Of a DNA stretch of 24,551 nucleotides, positions 10,200-19,015 are shown one piece after another. Source of the DNA: Candidatus Scalinduaceae bacterium (GTDB lineage: Bacteria; Planctomycetota; Brocadiia; Brocadiales; Scalinduaceae); the NCBI GenBank assembly GCA_046759445.1, contig JBHICG010000051.1:1-24551 (forward strand), in the 5' to 3' direction. Both the position numbers and the translations under genes were made by a program. The notes under the pieces were generated by a model. The model ran no database searches and was not told the origin of the DNA. It was given only the letters and a program-made list of their open reading frames with translations. Positions within the stretch are counted from its first letter, which is position 1. Every line of letters starts with the position of its first letter.

Positions 10200-10736
10200 A
10201 TGGCAAAATTGTTACAAATTGCACAATTAGGTCACCCAATTTTGAGAAAGAAGGCTAAGGCAGTTGAAATTATTCAAGATAATTATCTTCAGCAATTGAT
10301 CGACAATTTAATAGCAACCGTAATAGACATAAACGGTGTTGGCATTGCGGCTCCACAGGTTTATGAATCTTACCAAATTTTTATTATAGCTTCCCATCCT
10401 AATCCACGTTATCCAGATACACCTAAAATGGAACCGGAGGTAATAATTCAGCCCAAAATTATTTCTCATTCCGATGAAGTAATTAAGGACTGGGAAGGAT
10501 GTTTGAGTATTCCTGGAATTAGAGGTTTAGTTCCTCGTTACAAATCTATCAATGTAGAATATTTGGCAAGAGATGGAGAGAAAAAAGAAAAAGAATTTAC
10601 AAATTTTATTGCGAGAATATTTCAACATGAATATGATCATCTGAATGGACTTGTATTTTTAGATCGTTTAGAAAATGTTAAAGACATTATCACAGACAAA
10701 GAATACCAAAAGTTAATTATTCAAAATGAAAAATAA
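10200..10736 (+). CDS. def: Peptide deformylase
   Basis: GVGIAAPQ, EGCLS and HEYDH motifs. Confidence 0.97.
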   Translation: MAKLLQIAQLGHPILRKKAKAVEIIQDNYLQQLIDNLIATVIDINGVGIAAPQVYESYQIFIIASHPNPRYPDTPKMEPEVIIQPKIISHSDEVIKDWEGCLSIPGIRGLVPRYKSINVEYLARDGEKKEKEFTNFIARIFQHEYDHLNGLVFLDRLENVKDIITDKEYQKLIIQNEK

Positions 10737-10789
10737 TTCAACATCGTATGATAAACGAGTATACTATTTTTTTTGCAGAGAGGCAAACA

Positions 10790-11896
10790 ATGGACCTTAC
10801 AATGCACAGTATTGGTGACAACATAGGGCCAGAGAAAATTGTGTTATTACGCCAGCCTCACGTTGGTCTGGAAGCCATCGTAGTTGTAGACAACGTTGCT
10901 TGTGGACCGGCAATTGGAGGTGTGCGAATGGCACAAGATCTAACCGTTGATGAGGTCTTTCGACTCTCTCGTGCTATGACCCTCAAAAACGCAGCAGCGG
11001 GACTTTCGCATGGAGGTGGTAAATCCGGGATCATAGCTAATCCTGCCTGCAATCGTGAGCAAAAAGAGCTTCTAGTGCGCACCTTTGCTCGCATGATAAA
11101 ACAACTCACAGAATACATTCCAGGCCCAGATATGGGTACAAACGAAGAATGCATGGCCTGGATTAAGGATGAAATAGGAAGAGCCGTTGGCCTTCCGAGG
11201 GCATTGGGAGGCATCCCATTAGACGAGATTGGCGCTACCGGTTTCGGAATAGCTGTGGCTGCTGAAGTAGCAGCTCCGGAAGCGGGAATTTCCCTCAAAG
11301 GGAGTTGTGTTGCAGTGCAAGGTTTCGGCGCGGTTGGCCAACATGCCTCCCATTTCCTTGGTATGCGTGGTGCAAAACTGGTTGCTGCTTCTGACAGCCG
11401 TGGTGCAATTCAAAATCAGGATGGCCTGGACATAGGCTCACTCATTAAGCACAAGAAAGGAGGCTCCCCCGTAAACACTTTTCCTGGTGGCCAACCGATG
11501 GACAGAGATGAACTGGTGGGAGTGAAATGCGATATTTGGATTCCAGCGGCGCGACCGGACGCACTGACAGAGAACAACGTTGACCAACTTAAAGCAAAGC
11601 TTGTTCTTGATGGAGCCAATATTCCTGCCACCGAAGATGCTGAAAAAAAGATGCACAAAAGAGGAATATTAAATATTCCCGACTTCATTGCAAATGCGGG
11701 TGGAGTCATCTGTGCGGCAGTAGAGTACCACGGCGGCTCTCAGAGTCAGGCCACGGCCATGATTGAAGAAAAGATTCACGCCAACACCCTTGAGACATTG
11801 GAACGATCAAAGAAGGAAAACTTGCTACCGAGAGAGGCTGCCGTTAGAATGGCATTCAGCCGTATCGAGAAAGCAATGTCTTACCGTGGCACCTGA
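10790..11896 (+). CDS. Glu/Leu/Phe/Val dehydrogenase family protein
   Basis: GPAIGGVR, MTLK, GGGK, GPDMGT, ATGFG, QGFGAVG and PDFIANAGGV. ATG at 10790 follows GAGG. Confidence 0.92.
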   Translation: MDLTMHSIGDNIGPEKIVLLRQPHVGLEAIVVVDNVACGPAIGGVRMAQDLTVDEVFRLSRAMTLKNAAAGLSHGGGKSGIIANPACNREQKELLVRTFARMIKQLTEYIPGPDMGTNEECMAWIKDEIGRAVGLPRALGGIPLDEIGATGFGIAVAAEVAAPEAGISLKGSCVAVQGFGAVGQHASHFLGMRGAKLVAASDSRGAIQNQDGLDIGSLIKHKKGGSPVNTFPGGQPMDRDELVGVKCDIWIPAARPDALTENNVDQLKAKLVLDGANIPATEDAEKKMHKRGILNIPDFIANAGGVICAAVEYHGGSQSQATAMIEEKIHANTLETLERSKKENLLPREAAVRMAFSRIEKAMSYRGT

Positions 11897-11996
11897 TGGC
11901 GAGTTTTACATATTTTTCCCACAGCGGAAACAAGTAATAACATAAGAAAAATTTATCAACAATATCAGCTTGGTTTTTGAAATAAGTCTTTTAGAA

Positions 11997-12710
11997 TTAT
12001 AACCCGAGAAACTGAATTGATATTCCACAAATACATATCGTAGCTCCTGCCAGGGCATGAGTATATCGTTCTAATTGTCCCATAGGTAGAAGATTTGTGC
12101 CTAAAGATAAAAGTATAACTATAATCAGCATTGTCATAATTGTTACTACACTGAAAACACTTATTACAAGCACCAAACCGAAAATACTATTTTCTGCCGC
12201 TGGATAAATTAATAAAGGTATCAAGGGTTCACAAGGTCCAAAAACAAAAATTGTAAAGAGTACCCAGGGGGTAAGATTCTTACCTCCTGCACCTTCATGA
12301 TCATGTAAGTGGTCTTTATTATGGGCGTGGCTATGGATTTGACTACCTATATCCTCATGAACGTGCCAGTGCTTGTGGGGTAGATTACTTAATGCCCGGT
12401 ATAATCCCCAAACAAAATACACCAGTCCGAAAACAATAAGTATCCATGCCGCAATTTCGCCACGAAATGATTCTATTGTTTCTAATTTTTTGATAGAAAT
12501 CCCCAAGGCAATACCCATAATGCCCAACAAGATAGAACTTAGTACATGACCTGTGCCACATAAAATAGTTATCCATGTTGTTTTGGTCAGAGACCATCTC
12601 CTTGACCTGGCCATAACAATAAATGGCAGATAGTGGTCAGGGCCCAGTAATGTATGAAACAGGCCTATCGAAGCGGCAGTGATGGTTATAACGGTTAATT
12701 CATGATGCAT
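11997..12710 (-). CDS. His-rich nickel/cobalt permease (NiCoT/UreH/HupE-like superfamily)
   Basis: HTLLGPDH metal motif, about six TM segments, His-rich loop (HKHWHVHE..HSHAH..H.H.H), GPCEP. Lies downstream of nikR and a NikR-type operator. Confidence 0.8.
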   Translation of the reverse strand: MHHELTVITITAASIGLFHTLLGPDHYLPFIVMARSRRWSLTKTTWITILCGTGHVLSSILLGIMGIALGISIKKLETIESFRGEIAAWILIVFGLVYFVWGLYRALSNLPHKHWHVHEDIGSQIHSHAHNKDHLHDHEGAGGKNLTPWVLFTIFVFGPCEPLIPLLIYPAAENSIFGLVLVISVFSVVTIMTMLIIVILLSLGTNLLPMGQLERYTHALAGATICICGISIQFLGL

Positions 12711-12742
12711 TTATAAACAGTACCACGAATTTTGAAAATTAT

Positions 12743-12903
12743 AGATTCCCTGTCTGCTACCCATGTATGCTTTTCCTCGGGAATAACAGCTAATAAAGCA
12801 CATTGGTCATTGGCAAATCCGGTGTTACGGAATTGCTTAGGTGATTCTGCCTGTCCTTCGGACAGGATAGCAGAATCACACCCCGACCTCCGATCAGGAA
12901 TCT
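12743..12903. repeat. Nested REP-like palindromic element in the permease leader
   Basis: AGATTCCC..CGGGAATAAC and GTCATT..CCCGACCTCCGATCAGGAATCT arms, with an inserted hairpin GTGATTCTGC/GCAGAATCAC (12841-12879). Confidence 0.6.
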
Positions 12904-12936
12904 TTTTTTGTATAAAATTATAACCAGGATGATTCA

Positions 12937-12963
12937 GTAGCATAAATACAATATTAGTAACAC
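12937..12963 (-). promoter_or_regulatory. NikR-type operator upstream of the Ni permease
   Basis: Minus strand GTGTTAC-N13-ATGCTAC, overlapping the -35 region of a TATAAT box at 12922-12917. Confidence 0.7.
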
Positions 12964-12979
12964 ATTCCCTTAAAAAATT

Positions 12980-13399
12980 TTAACTCAGATTTTTGCCCAA
13001 TGTTGTAGTTGTTAGTTTCCCATGTTTTACTCCTTTTGTGCCAATAAGCCTGTCTGCCATCATCTTTATCTCTTTGGCCTTTCCCTTTACAACTAAAACC
13101 TCTAAACAGTTATGAGCATCCAGGTGTACGTGTAAGGTTGAAATCATTGAGGCATGGTATTTATGTTGAAGTTTTGTAAGGACCTCAGGTAATTCACGTT
13201 TATGATGGTCGTAGATAATTGTAACAGTTCCAACAGTTTCTCCGGTTCCTAATTCCCATTCTTTTTCGACCAGATTGTTCCTTATTAGATCACGAATTGC
13301 CTCCGATCTGTTTGCATAATCTTTTTCAGCAATGTACCTGTCAAATTGTTTTAAAAGTTTGGAGTCCATAGAAACCCCAAACCTAACAATATTTTCCAT
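12980..13399 (-). CDS. nikR: Nickel-responsive regulator NikR
   Basis: [20 protein letters not shown]; Ni site [22 protein letters not shown]. Confidence 0.97.
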   Translation of the reverse strand: MENIVRFGVSMDSKLLKQFDRYIAEKDYANRSEAIRDLIRNNLVEKEWELGTGETVGTVTIIYDHHKRELPEVLTKLQHKYHASMISTLHVHLDAHNCLEVLVVKGKAKEIKMMADRLIGTKGVKHGKLTTTTLGKNLS

Positions 13400-13412
13400 A
13401 TTATCTTAAAAT

Positions 13413-13439
13413 GTGTTATATATTTTCGTTTAGTAACAC
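13413..13439. promoter_or_regulatory. NikR-type operator (autoregulation)
   Basis: Palindrome GTGTTA-N15-TAACAC ending 13 nt upstream of the nikR ATG. It overlaps the -10 of minus-strand TTGACT-N17-TACTAA. Confidence 0.8.
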
Positions 13440-13530
13440 TTGTTTTCGTAAAAGTCAAGAGATATCCACTTAATTCATTATATTCCATTCAATTTACTTC
13501 TAACCCGTTTCTCAAAATCTAATGTTTTTA

Positions 13531-14673
13531 TTATTGTCGTTCGACAATATTTATCAAGTCCTGGTCGAGTTGATAAGCTTTCGATTTCCAAAAGTATTTT
13601 TTAACGGTTCGGATGCCGCGGTTAAGATCACCATTCCACAGATTGTTGTTACGGATTTTCTCAGACAATTGTATCAGCCGGTCAGCCAATTCGTTTGCCC
13701 CTCCTTTAAAATAAAAATCTTCATTACCTGCATCTCGTTCCAGGGTTTCCGGGTATGCCAGTTTTTCTGGAACAATGGGGAAGGCTCCTGCTGCGGCTGC
13801 TTCAAGAACGCTTATGCCAAAGAATTCGTGATCTGCCGTTGATACAAAGACATCCGCTTCCAAAAGTGTGGATTCATAATCTTTACGATTTCGTTGATAT
13901 CCCCATCTGTCAATAAAATTGGAAAACTCCTCCCTTGCAGAGTGAAAGATATCTGGAATTCGCTGGAACTGCTCACCTATGACGCTGAGTCGAAATTCGA
14001 TTCCTTTTGTTTTCAAAATCCGTAGCGCCTTAAATAGAAGTTCAGGGTTTTTGTCATGTTCCCATCTTGCCGCCCATACTATGCGCATAGGGCCGGGAAG
14101 GCGATTGTTCCTCTTCGGGAATTGATGGATGCCCGGACACTTAATGTGGGATTTGTAGCGAATCTCCTCAACAACTTCCATAGGTCTATAATCGGGCATG
14201 CGTTTCAGGAAGCCTTGAAGTTCATCTAAGAAAACATCTCGATGATATAAAGAATTGAACCACACCTCTGTTGAGGCTAAGGCAGTTACGAGATTTGTCA
14301 GCACAAAATGAAAATCGAATTCCTGGGGGTGTACCACAGGATAAGTTAGTTGGTTTTCGTGAAAATAAACGACGGATGGGAGTTTCTGTACTGTGGGATG
14401 GATCAGGCCCATATACTCTGCCAGATTAAGCATGTCAGAACAAAAAAGCACGTTCCAGCTTTCTCCAGCTCTGATTCTTTCGGCTGTTTGATTGGCCAGG
14501 GTTATAGCTGAATGTCGCATGCGCCATTTCCATTTTCGGGGTGGAAGGGTTAACAGTGTCCACTTATGGCGACTGAATTGTATCCAACCCTCCAAAAAAG
14601 CCTTGTGACTACCACCATAATAGGGTTCCAGTGTCAGTACCTTTAAAGATTTAGTCAATTCAGGTTTATTCAT
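13531..14673 (-). CDS. DUF3524 GT-B glycosyltransferase, GTDC1/QTMAN-like
   Basis: LEPYYGGSH, WKWRMR, YFHENQLTYP, RWEHDKNP, HEFFGISVLEA and LAYPE motifs. Confidence 0.85.
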   Translation of the reverse strand: MNKPELTKSLKVLTLEPYYGGSHKAFLEGWIQFSRHKWTLLTLPPRKWKWRMRHSAITLANQTAERIRAGESWNVLFCSDMLNLAEYMGLIHPTVQKLPSVVYFHENQLTYPVVHPQEFDFHFVLTNLVTALASTEVWFNSLYHRDVFLDELQGFLKRMPDYRPMEVVEEIRYKSHIKCPGIHQFPKRNNRLPGPMRIVWAARWEHDKNPELLFKALRILKTKGIEFRLSVIGEQFQRIPDIFHSAREEFSNFIDRWGYQRNRKDYESTLLEADVFVSTADHEFFGISVLEAAAAGAFPIVPEKLAYPETLERDAGNEDFYFKGGANELADRLIQLSEKIRNNNLWNGDLNRGIRTVKKYFWKSKAYQLDQDLINIVERQ

Positions 14674-14869
14674 TGTTTAAGGAAGTGTTGGTTCCCTCGA
14701 AGGTTTTTAATGGAAATGTCATGTTTATTCAGGATGTATATAAATTGCCGTTATACTACCAACATTTCTAGCTTTTTATAAGTTTAATCTCGTTTTAATT
14801 TACGATAGTTTTTGAGCCACTATATAAATTCTCCAAAGGGATTTACTTTGGTAAAACAATAGTTATTTC

Positions 14870-14898
14870 TTTACAATCACCACCTGAAATAGTAGATT
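14870..14898 (+). promoter_or_regulatory. Putative promoter of the DUF4212-symporter operon
   Basis: TTTACA-N17-TAGATT. Confidence 0.4.
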
Positions 14899-14965
14899 CA
14901 TTCGATATTTTAACCCAAAAGGTAGGACTTGGATTAGTTTAACCTTGCATAAAAGGAGGTTACAG

Positions 14966-15334
14966 ATGTCTCCACCCGCCCGGAATTCAGATAAGCAAGA
15001 AACAACAATAGAACAACCTTACACAGGTCCAGACCTTCACCAAACCAAAGTACATGCATTACTAGACCGTTATTGGCGTAAGAACGTGCTGATAACCATA
15101 GCCCTACTGGTGATTTGGGCTGCCGTTGGATTAGGCTGTGGCGTATTACTGGCCGACTGGTTCAACCAATACAAATTGCCAGGTACAGGTTTTCCTCTGG
15201 GCTTTTGGTTTGCACATCAGGGAAGCATCATAGTTTTCGTTTTATTGATTCTCGCCTACTGCGTGTTAATGAATAGGCTTGACACCCTACACCACGATGA
15301 ACTGGAACAACTTAAGAAAGAGGAAAAGATCTGA
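14966..15334 (+). CDS. DUF4212 small membrane partner of the sodium:solute symporter
   Basis: YWRKN..LLVIW and GFPLGFWFAHQGSI motifs. AGGAGG SD before ATG 14966; ends 3 nt before the symporter start. Confidence 0.9.
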   Translation: MSPPARNSDKQETTIEQPYTGPDLHQTKVHALLDRYWRKNVLITIALLVIWAAVGLGCGVLLADWFNQYKLPGTGFPLGFWFAHQGSIIVFVLLILAYCVLMNRLDTLHHDELEQLKKEEKI

Positions 15335-15337
15335 GCT

Positions 15338-17191
15338 ATGAGCGTACAATATTGGACGTTTATCTTTGCTGGGTTTTCTTTTTGTTTATACCTATTTATC
15401 GCCTGGTTTTGCCGGGTTCGCGATACTAAGGGTTTTTACGTCGCCGGTCGTGGTGTGCCTTCTATAGCAAATGGCATGGCCACTGCCGCTGACTGGATGA
15501 GTGCAGCATCATTCATATCTATGGCGGGACTAATCTCGATGATGGGGTATGCCGGTGGCGTGTATCTGATGGGTTGGACGGGCGGGTATGTATTACTTGC
15601 ACTGCTGTTGGCTCCATATCTGCGTAAGTTTGGTCATTACACCGTACCAGATTTTATCGGTGATCGGTTCGATTCAAACATCGCACGCCTTGTTGCTGTA
15701 CTTTGTGCGATTTTTGTGAGTTTTACGTATGTGGCAGGGCAAATGCGTGGCGTTGGTGTCGTGTTTAGCAGATTTCTAGAAGTAGACGTTAACGTTGGCG
15801 TCATTGTTGGCATGGCTATAGTATTTATATATGCCACACTTGGTGGCATGAAGGGTATCACCTGGACACAGGTGGCTCAGTATTGGGTGCTGATTACGGC
15901 ATTTCTAATCCCTGCCATAGCAATTAGCATCAAACTCACCGGCAGCCCTCTCCCTCAGTTAGGGCTTGGTTCCACACTCGATCCAAACGTTGCTGGTGAA
16001 CGGGGAGTCACTCTTCTTGACAAACTCGATCAGATCCAGGTGGAACTAGGTTTTGGTCGCTATACTGATGCATTTGCAGGAAACTGGGATAAGGTCAACG
16101 TCTTTTGTGTGGTCCTTGCGTTAATGGTGGGTACGGCCGGCCTGCCACACGTGATCGTTCGCTTTTACACTGTCAAATCAGTAAAAGCGGCACGGTGGAG
16201 CGCATTCTGGGCGCTTCTTTTTATTGCAATGCTCTATCTTACTGCTCCTGCGACAGCAGCGTTCGCTCGCTATTATATGATACAGAGTCTTAATGGAAAA
16301 ACTGCTGAACAATTGCCAGGTTGGTTCAACAATTGGGAAAAAACCGGATTGATTCTCTGGTTGGACAATGGTGACGGTCATATCCGCTACTGCGCAGGCG
16401 AAGACAATGAAATCTTTCGTAACGGTAAACTCACCACCAGAGAACTCGCGGTAATCTATCAAGCCCATCAAAGATGGATTGACACAAATGGGATAGAGGG
16501 CAAAGATGGGCGCATAGTGTTACGGCAAAAAGGTCTTTCTGGTCCTGACCGTGATATCATCGTACTAGCCACACCTGAGATGGCAGAACTGGCAAACTGG
16601 ATTATAGCATTGGTTGCCGCGGGAGGTCTGGCCGCAGCGCTATCAACGGCAAGCGGATTACTACTGGTCATTTCATCGAGCGTTGCACACGACCTCTATT
16701 ATCGAGTCATCAACAGGCATGCTACAGAAAAACAGCGGTTGCTTGTGGGACGTGCCGTCATCGGACTGTCCGTGGTAGTTGCAGGTCTCTTCGGTATTTA
16801 TCCACCGGGCTTCGTCAGTCAGGTGGTTGCTTTTGCCTTCGGCCTCGCAGCAGCGAGCTTCTTCCCGGCAATTGTTCTTGGCATATTCAGTAAACGAGTT
16901 GGGACTGTGCCAGCGGTGTGTGGAATGATTACGGGTATCTGTTTCACAGCTTACTACATCATCGCCTGCGTTTTCTTCAATATGGAACCCTGGACATTTG
17001 GTCTATTTCAAAAAGGCATAAACCCACAGGGTATAGGTACTGTAGGTATGTTGTTAAATTTTGCAGTGACGCTAACATTAACACCACTATTCCAGGCACC
17101 AGGCCAAAAGGTTCAAGACATGATTGATTCAGTACGTGAGCCGGAAGGAGCTGGGCCAGCCGTTGAAATTGAAACTGCGCCAGAACATTAA
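15338..17191 (+). CDS. actP: Sodium:solute symporter, ActP-like (VC_2705-type) cation/acetate symporter
   Basis: NGMATAADWMSAASF, FGHYTVPDF, GTAGLPHVIVRFYT, AGGLAAALSTASGLLL. Confidence 0.88.
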   Translation: MSVQYWTFIFAGFSFCLYLFIAWFCRVRDTKGFYVAGRGVPSIANGMATAADWMSAASFISMAGLISMMGYAGGVYLMGWTGGYVLLALLLAPYLRKFGHYTVPDFIGDRFDSNIARLVAVLCAIFVSFTYVAGQMRGVGVVFSRFLEVDVNVGVIVGMAIVFIYATLGGMKGITWTQVAQYWVLITAFLIPAIAISIKLTGSPLPQLGLGSTLDPNVAGERGVTLLDKLDQIQVELGFGRYTDAFAGNWDKVNVFCVVLALMVGTAGLPHVIVRFYTVKSVKAARWSAFWALLFIAMLYLTAPATAAFARYYMIQSLNGKTAEQLPGWFNNWEKTGLILWLDNGDGHIRYCAGEDNEIFRNGKLTTRELAVIYQAHQRWIDTNGIEGKDGRIVLRQKGLSGPDRDIIVLATPEMAELANWIIALVAAGGLAAALSTASGLLLVISSSVAHDLYYRVINRHATEKQRLLVGRAVIGLSVVVAGLFGIYPPGFVSQVVAFAFGLAAASFFPAIVLGIFSKRVGTVPAVCGMITGICFTAYYIIACVFFNMEPWTFGLFQKGINPQGIGTVGMLLNFAVTLTLTPLFQAPGQKVQDMIDSVREPEGAGPAVEIETAPEH

Positions 17192-17215
17192 AGTGTTCTT
17201 AGCTGTTTCTCGTAA

Positions 17216-17341
17216 TATTACCAGGAGTATATTGTAGTTTACATATCATTCTGAACGAAGTGAAGAATCTATCCTATCATTGAGATCCTTCACTATACCC
17301 AGGATGACCTCACTGTAAGCTACTTTATGCTCTCAGTAATA
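17216..17341. mobile_element. MITE-like element: outer imperfect inverted repeat enclosing a REP-like doublet
   Basis: Outer arms TATTACCAGGAGTATATTGTAGTTTACA / TGTAAGCTACTTTATGCTCTCAGTAATA. Inner arms TCATTCTGAACGAAGTGAAGAATCT / AGATCCTTCACTATACCCAGGATGA (17245-17308). Confidence 0.7.
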
Positions 17342-17422
17342 AGTGGTATTCCTGAAAGTCTTTGATATGATTTCCTGTTTGAAGTTGTGAGAGAATCAAG
17401 GATTTTTGTTTTTATTATTTAA

Positions 17423-17845
17423 CTACCACTCCCATAGCTTTGCATAAGCCACAAAGTATCTAAAGAAAGCCCTGAGCAGATACCACAGGAAACCAGGGAA
17501 TACTCTCTTAAAACCCTGTTTAAAAATGTATCCTCTGATAAAGACCAGTAAAGGTTTCATAAAAAAGTACCATAAATAATTATAAGGTCTTATAACAACG
17601 CCTCTTTTTATGAAGTCTTTCACTGCGTTTGAGGTATTGAAATTATACGTATCAAGTAGCTTTTCGATATTTTTGTCATATAAATGTATCAAGACATTCT
17701 TTGCCGTTTTTTGCTTGCCTTCAAATAATACGGGATTACCAACCATAGTATCGGCAAAACGCCCCTTTGATTTTTTGAAGCATTGCAGTAATGGTGGCTC
17801 AAACCAACCCTTGTATTTCATAGTCTGTCCCAAAAAAGTTTCTGG
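17423..17845 (-). pseudogene. 5'-truncated GT2 glycosyltransferase (WaaE/KdtX-like C-terminal half)
   Basis: FLGQ..KGW, LIHL and P..F.RGYIFKQGF..GF..YAKLWE C-terminal signature. In-frame TGA at 17846-17848; no N-terminal DXD domain. Confidence 0.7.
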
Positions 17846-17899
17846 TCAGACATGAGGGGAATTGAATATTTTTTACAATATGGTTTTCTACTATATTAA

Positions 17900-19015
17900 A
17901 TGAATAAAATAAATATCCTCTTCATCAGTTCAATTGCAAAGATTGCGGGAGGTGAACAAAGTCTCTTACAATTAGTCTTAAACCTTCCCAGGGCCAGTTA
18001 CAACCCGACAGTATTATGTTCTTCTGAAGGACCTTTAGTAGAAAGACTACGAGAGACAAATATAGACGTAATCGTATCCAAGATATCTGGCATTAGAAAT
18101 CCGTTTGAATTTATCAAGAAAATCTTTTTTTTAATAGATTTTATAAGAAAAAGAGATATCCATATTGTCCATACCAATGGAATAAACGTAATAGCCTCTT
18201 TTGTTACAAGATTAACGTCTGCCAAGCTCTTAATCCATTTTCGTACTGTCCACCCCTTAAACAGATTGGATATGGTCTGTCTAATGTTTGCCAACCGCAT
18301 AATTACAATTTCGGAGGCATCGAGGTCTCAGCTTTTGTATCTGGGTTATAACGCCAGTAAAATAACCAAGATATTCAATGCCGTAGATCTAAATGATTAT
18401 GACGGAGTATCTGATCCATACCTTATTAAGAAAAGGTTTAATATTAAAATGGATAAAATAGTAATCAGCGTAGTAGGAAGGATAGAACCCTGGAAAGGAA
18501 TAGATTATTTAATAGATGCCCTTAAAGACGTTTCACAAATGTTCCCTAACATACTTCTATTAATTGTTGGAGATTATGAGGATAATTTAGAGTATTATAA
18601 GACACTCAAAAGCCAAATAATCAGGATTAACATTGAAGATTATGTAAGGTTTACGGGTTTTGTAGAGGACATACCATCGTTAATGATGGCAACGGATATC
18701 CTTATCTCCCCTTCACTCAGAGAGGCATTTGGAAGGGTTTTGATTGAAGGAATGGCTGCCTCCAGGCCAGTTATTGCCACAAGGGTAGGAGGCATACCTG
18801 AGGTTGTCATAGATGGTAAAACAGGAATTCTTGTTGAGTCGAGAAACTCTGCGGAATTGGTCAGGGCCATAACCAAATTGATAGAAGAAAAGGATTTGCG
18901 CCTTAGACTGGGAGAGTCGGGCAAGAACAGGGCAGAACAATACTTCACTATAAAGACCCAAATCAAGGAAATTGAAAAGGTTTACGAACAATTGCTTTTA
19001 GAGGACAAAACTTAG
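17900..19015 (+). CDS. GT4-family glycosyltransferase
   Basis: GGEQ, VGRIEPWKG, EAFGRVLIEGMAASRPVIATRVGGIPEVV. Confidence 0.92.
   Translation: MNKINILFISSIAKIAGGEQSLLQLVLNLPRASYNPTVLCSSEGPLVERLRETNIDVIVSKISGIRNPFEFIKKIFFLIDFIRKRDIHIVHTNGINVIASFVTRLTSAKLLIHFRTVHPLNRLDMVCLMFANRIITISEASRSQLLYLGYNASKITKIFNAVDLNDYDGVSDPYLIKKRFNIKMDKIVISVVGRIEPWKGIDYLIDALKDVSQMFPNILLLIVGDYEDNLEYYKTLKSQIIRINIEDYVRFTGFVEDIPSLMMATDILISPSLREAFGRVLIEGMAASRPVIATRVGGIPEVVIDGKTGILVESRNSAELVRAITKLIEEKDLRLRLGESGKNRAEQYFTIKTQIKEIEKVYEQLLLEDKT

Noticed and set aside
12743..12903. NiCo or cobalamin riboswitch
   Set aside because: No recognisable conserved core; the structure is better explained by nested REP-like repeats. An Rfam scan was not run.
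12695..12943. 82-aa ORF (and the antisense 63-aa ORF) between nikR and the permease
   Set aside because: It begins inside the NikR operator and merely translates palindromic repeat DNA.
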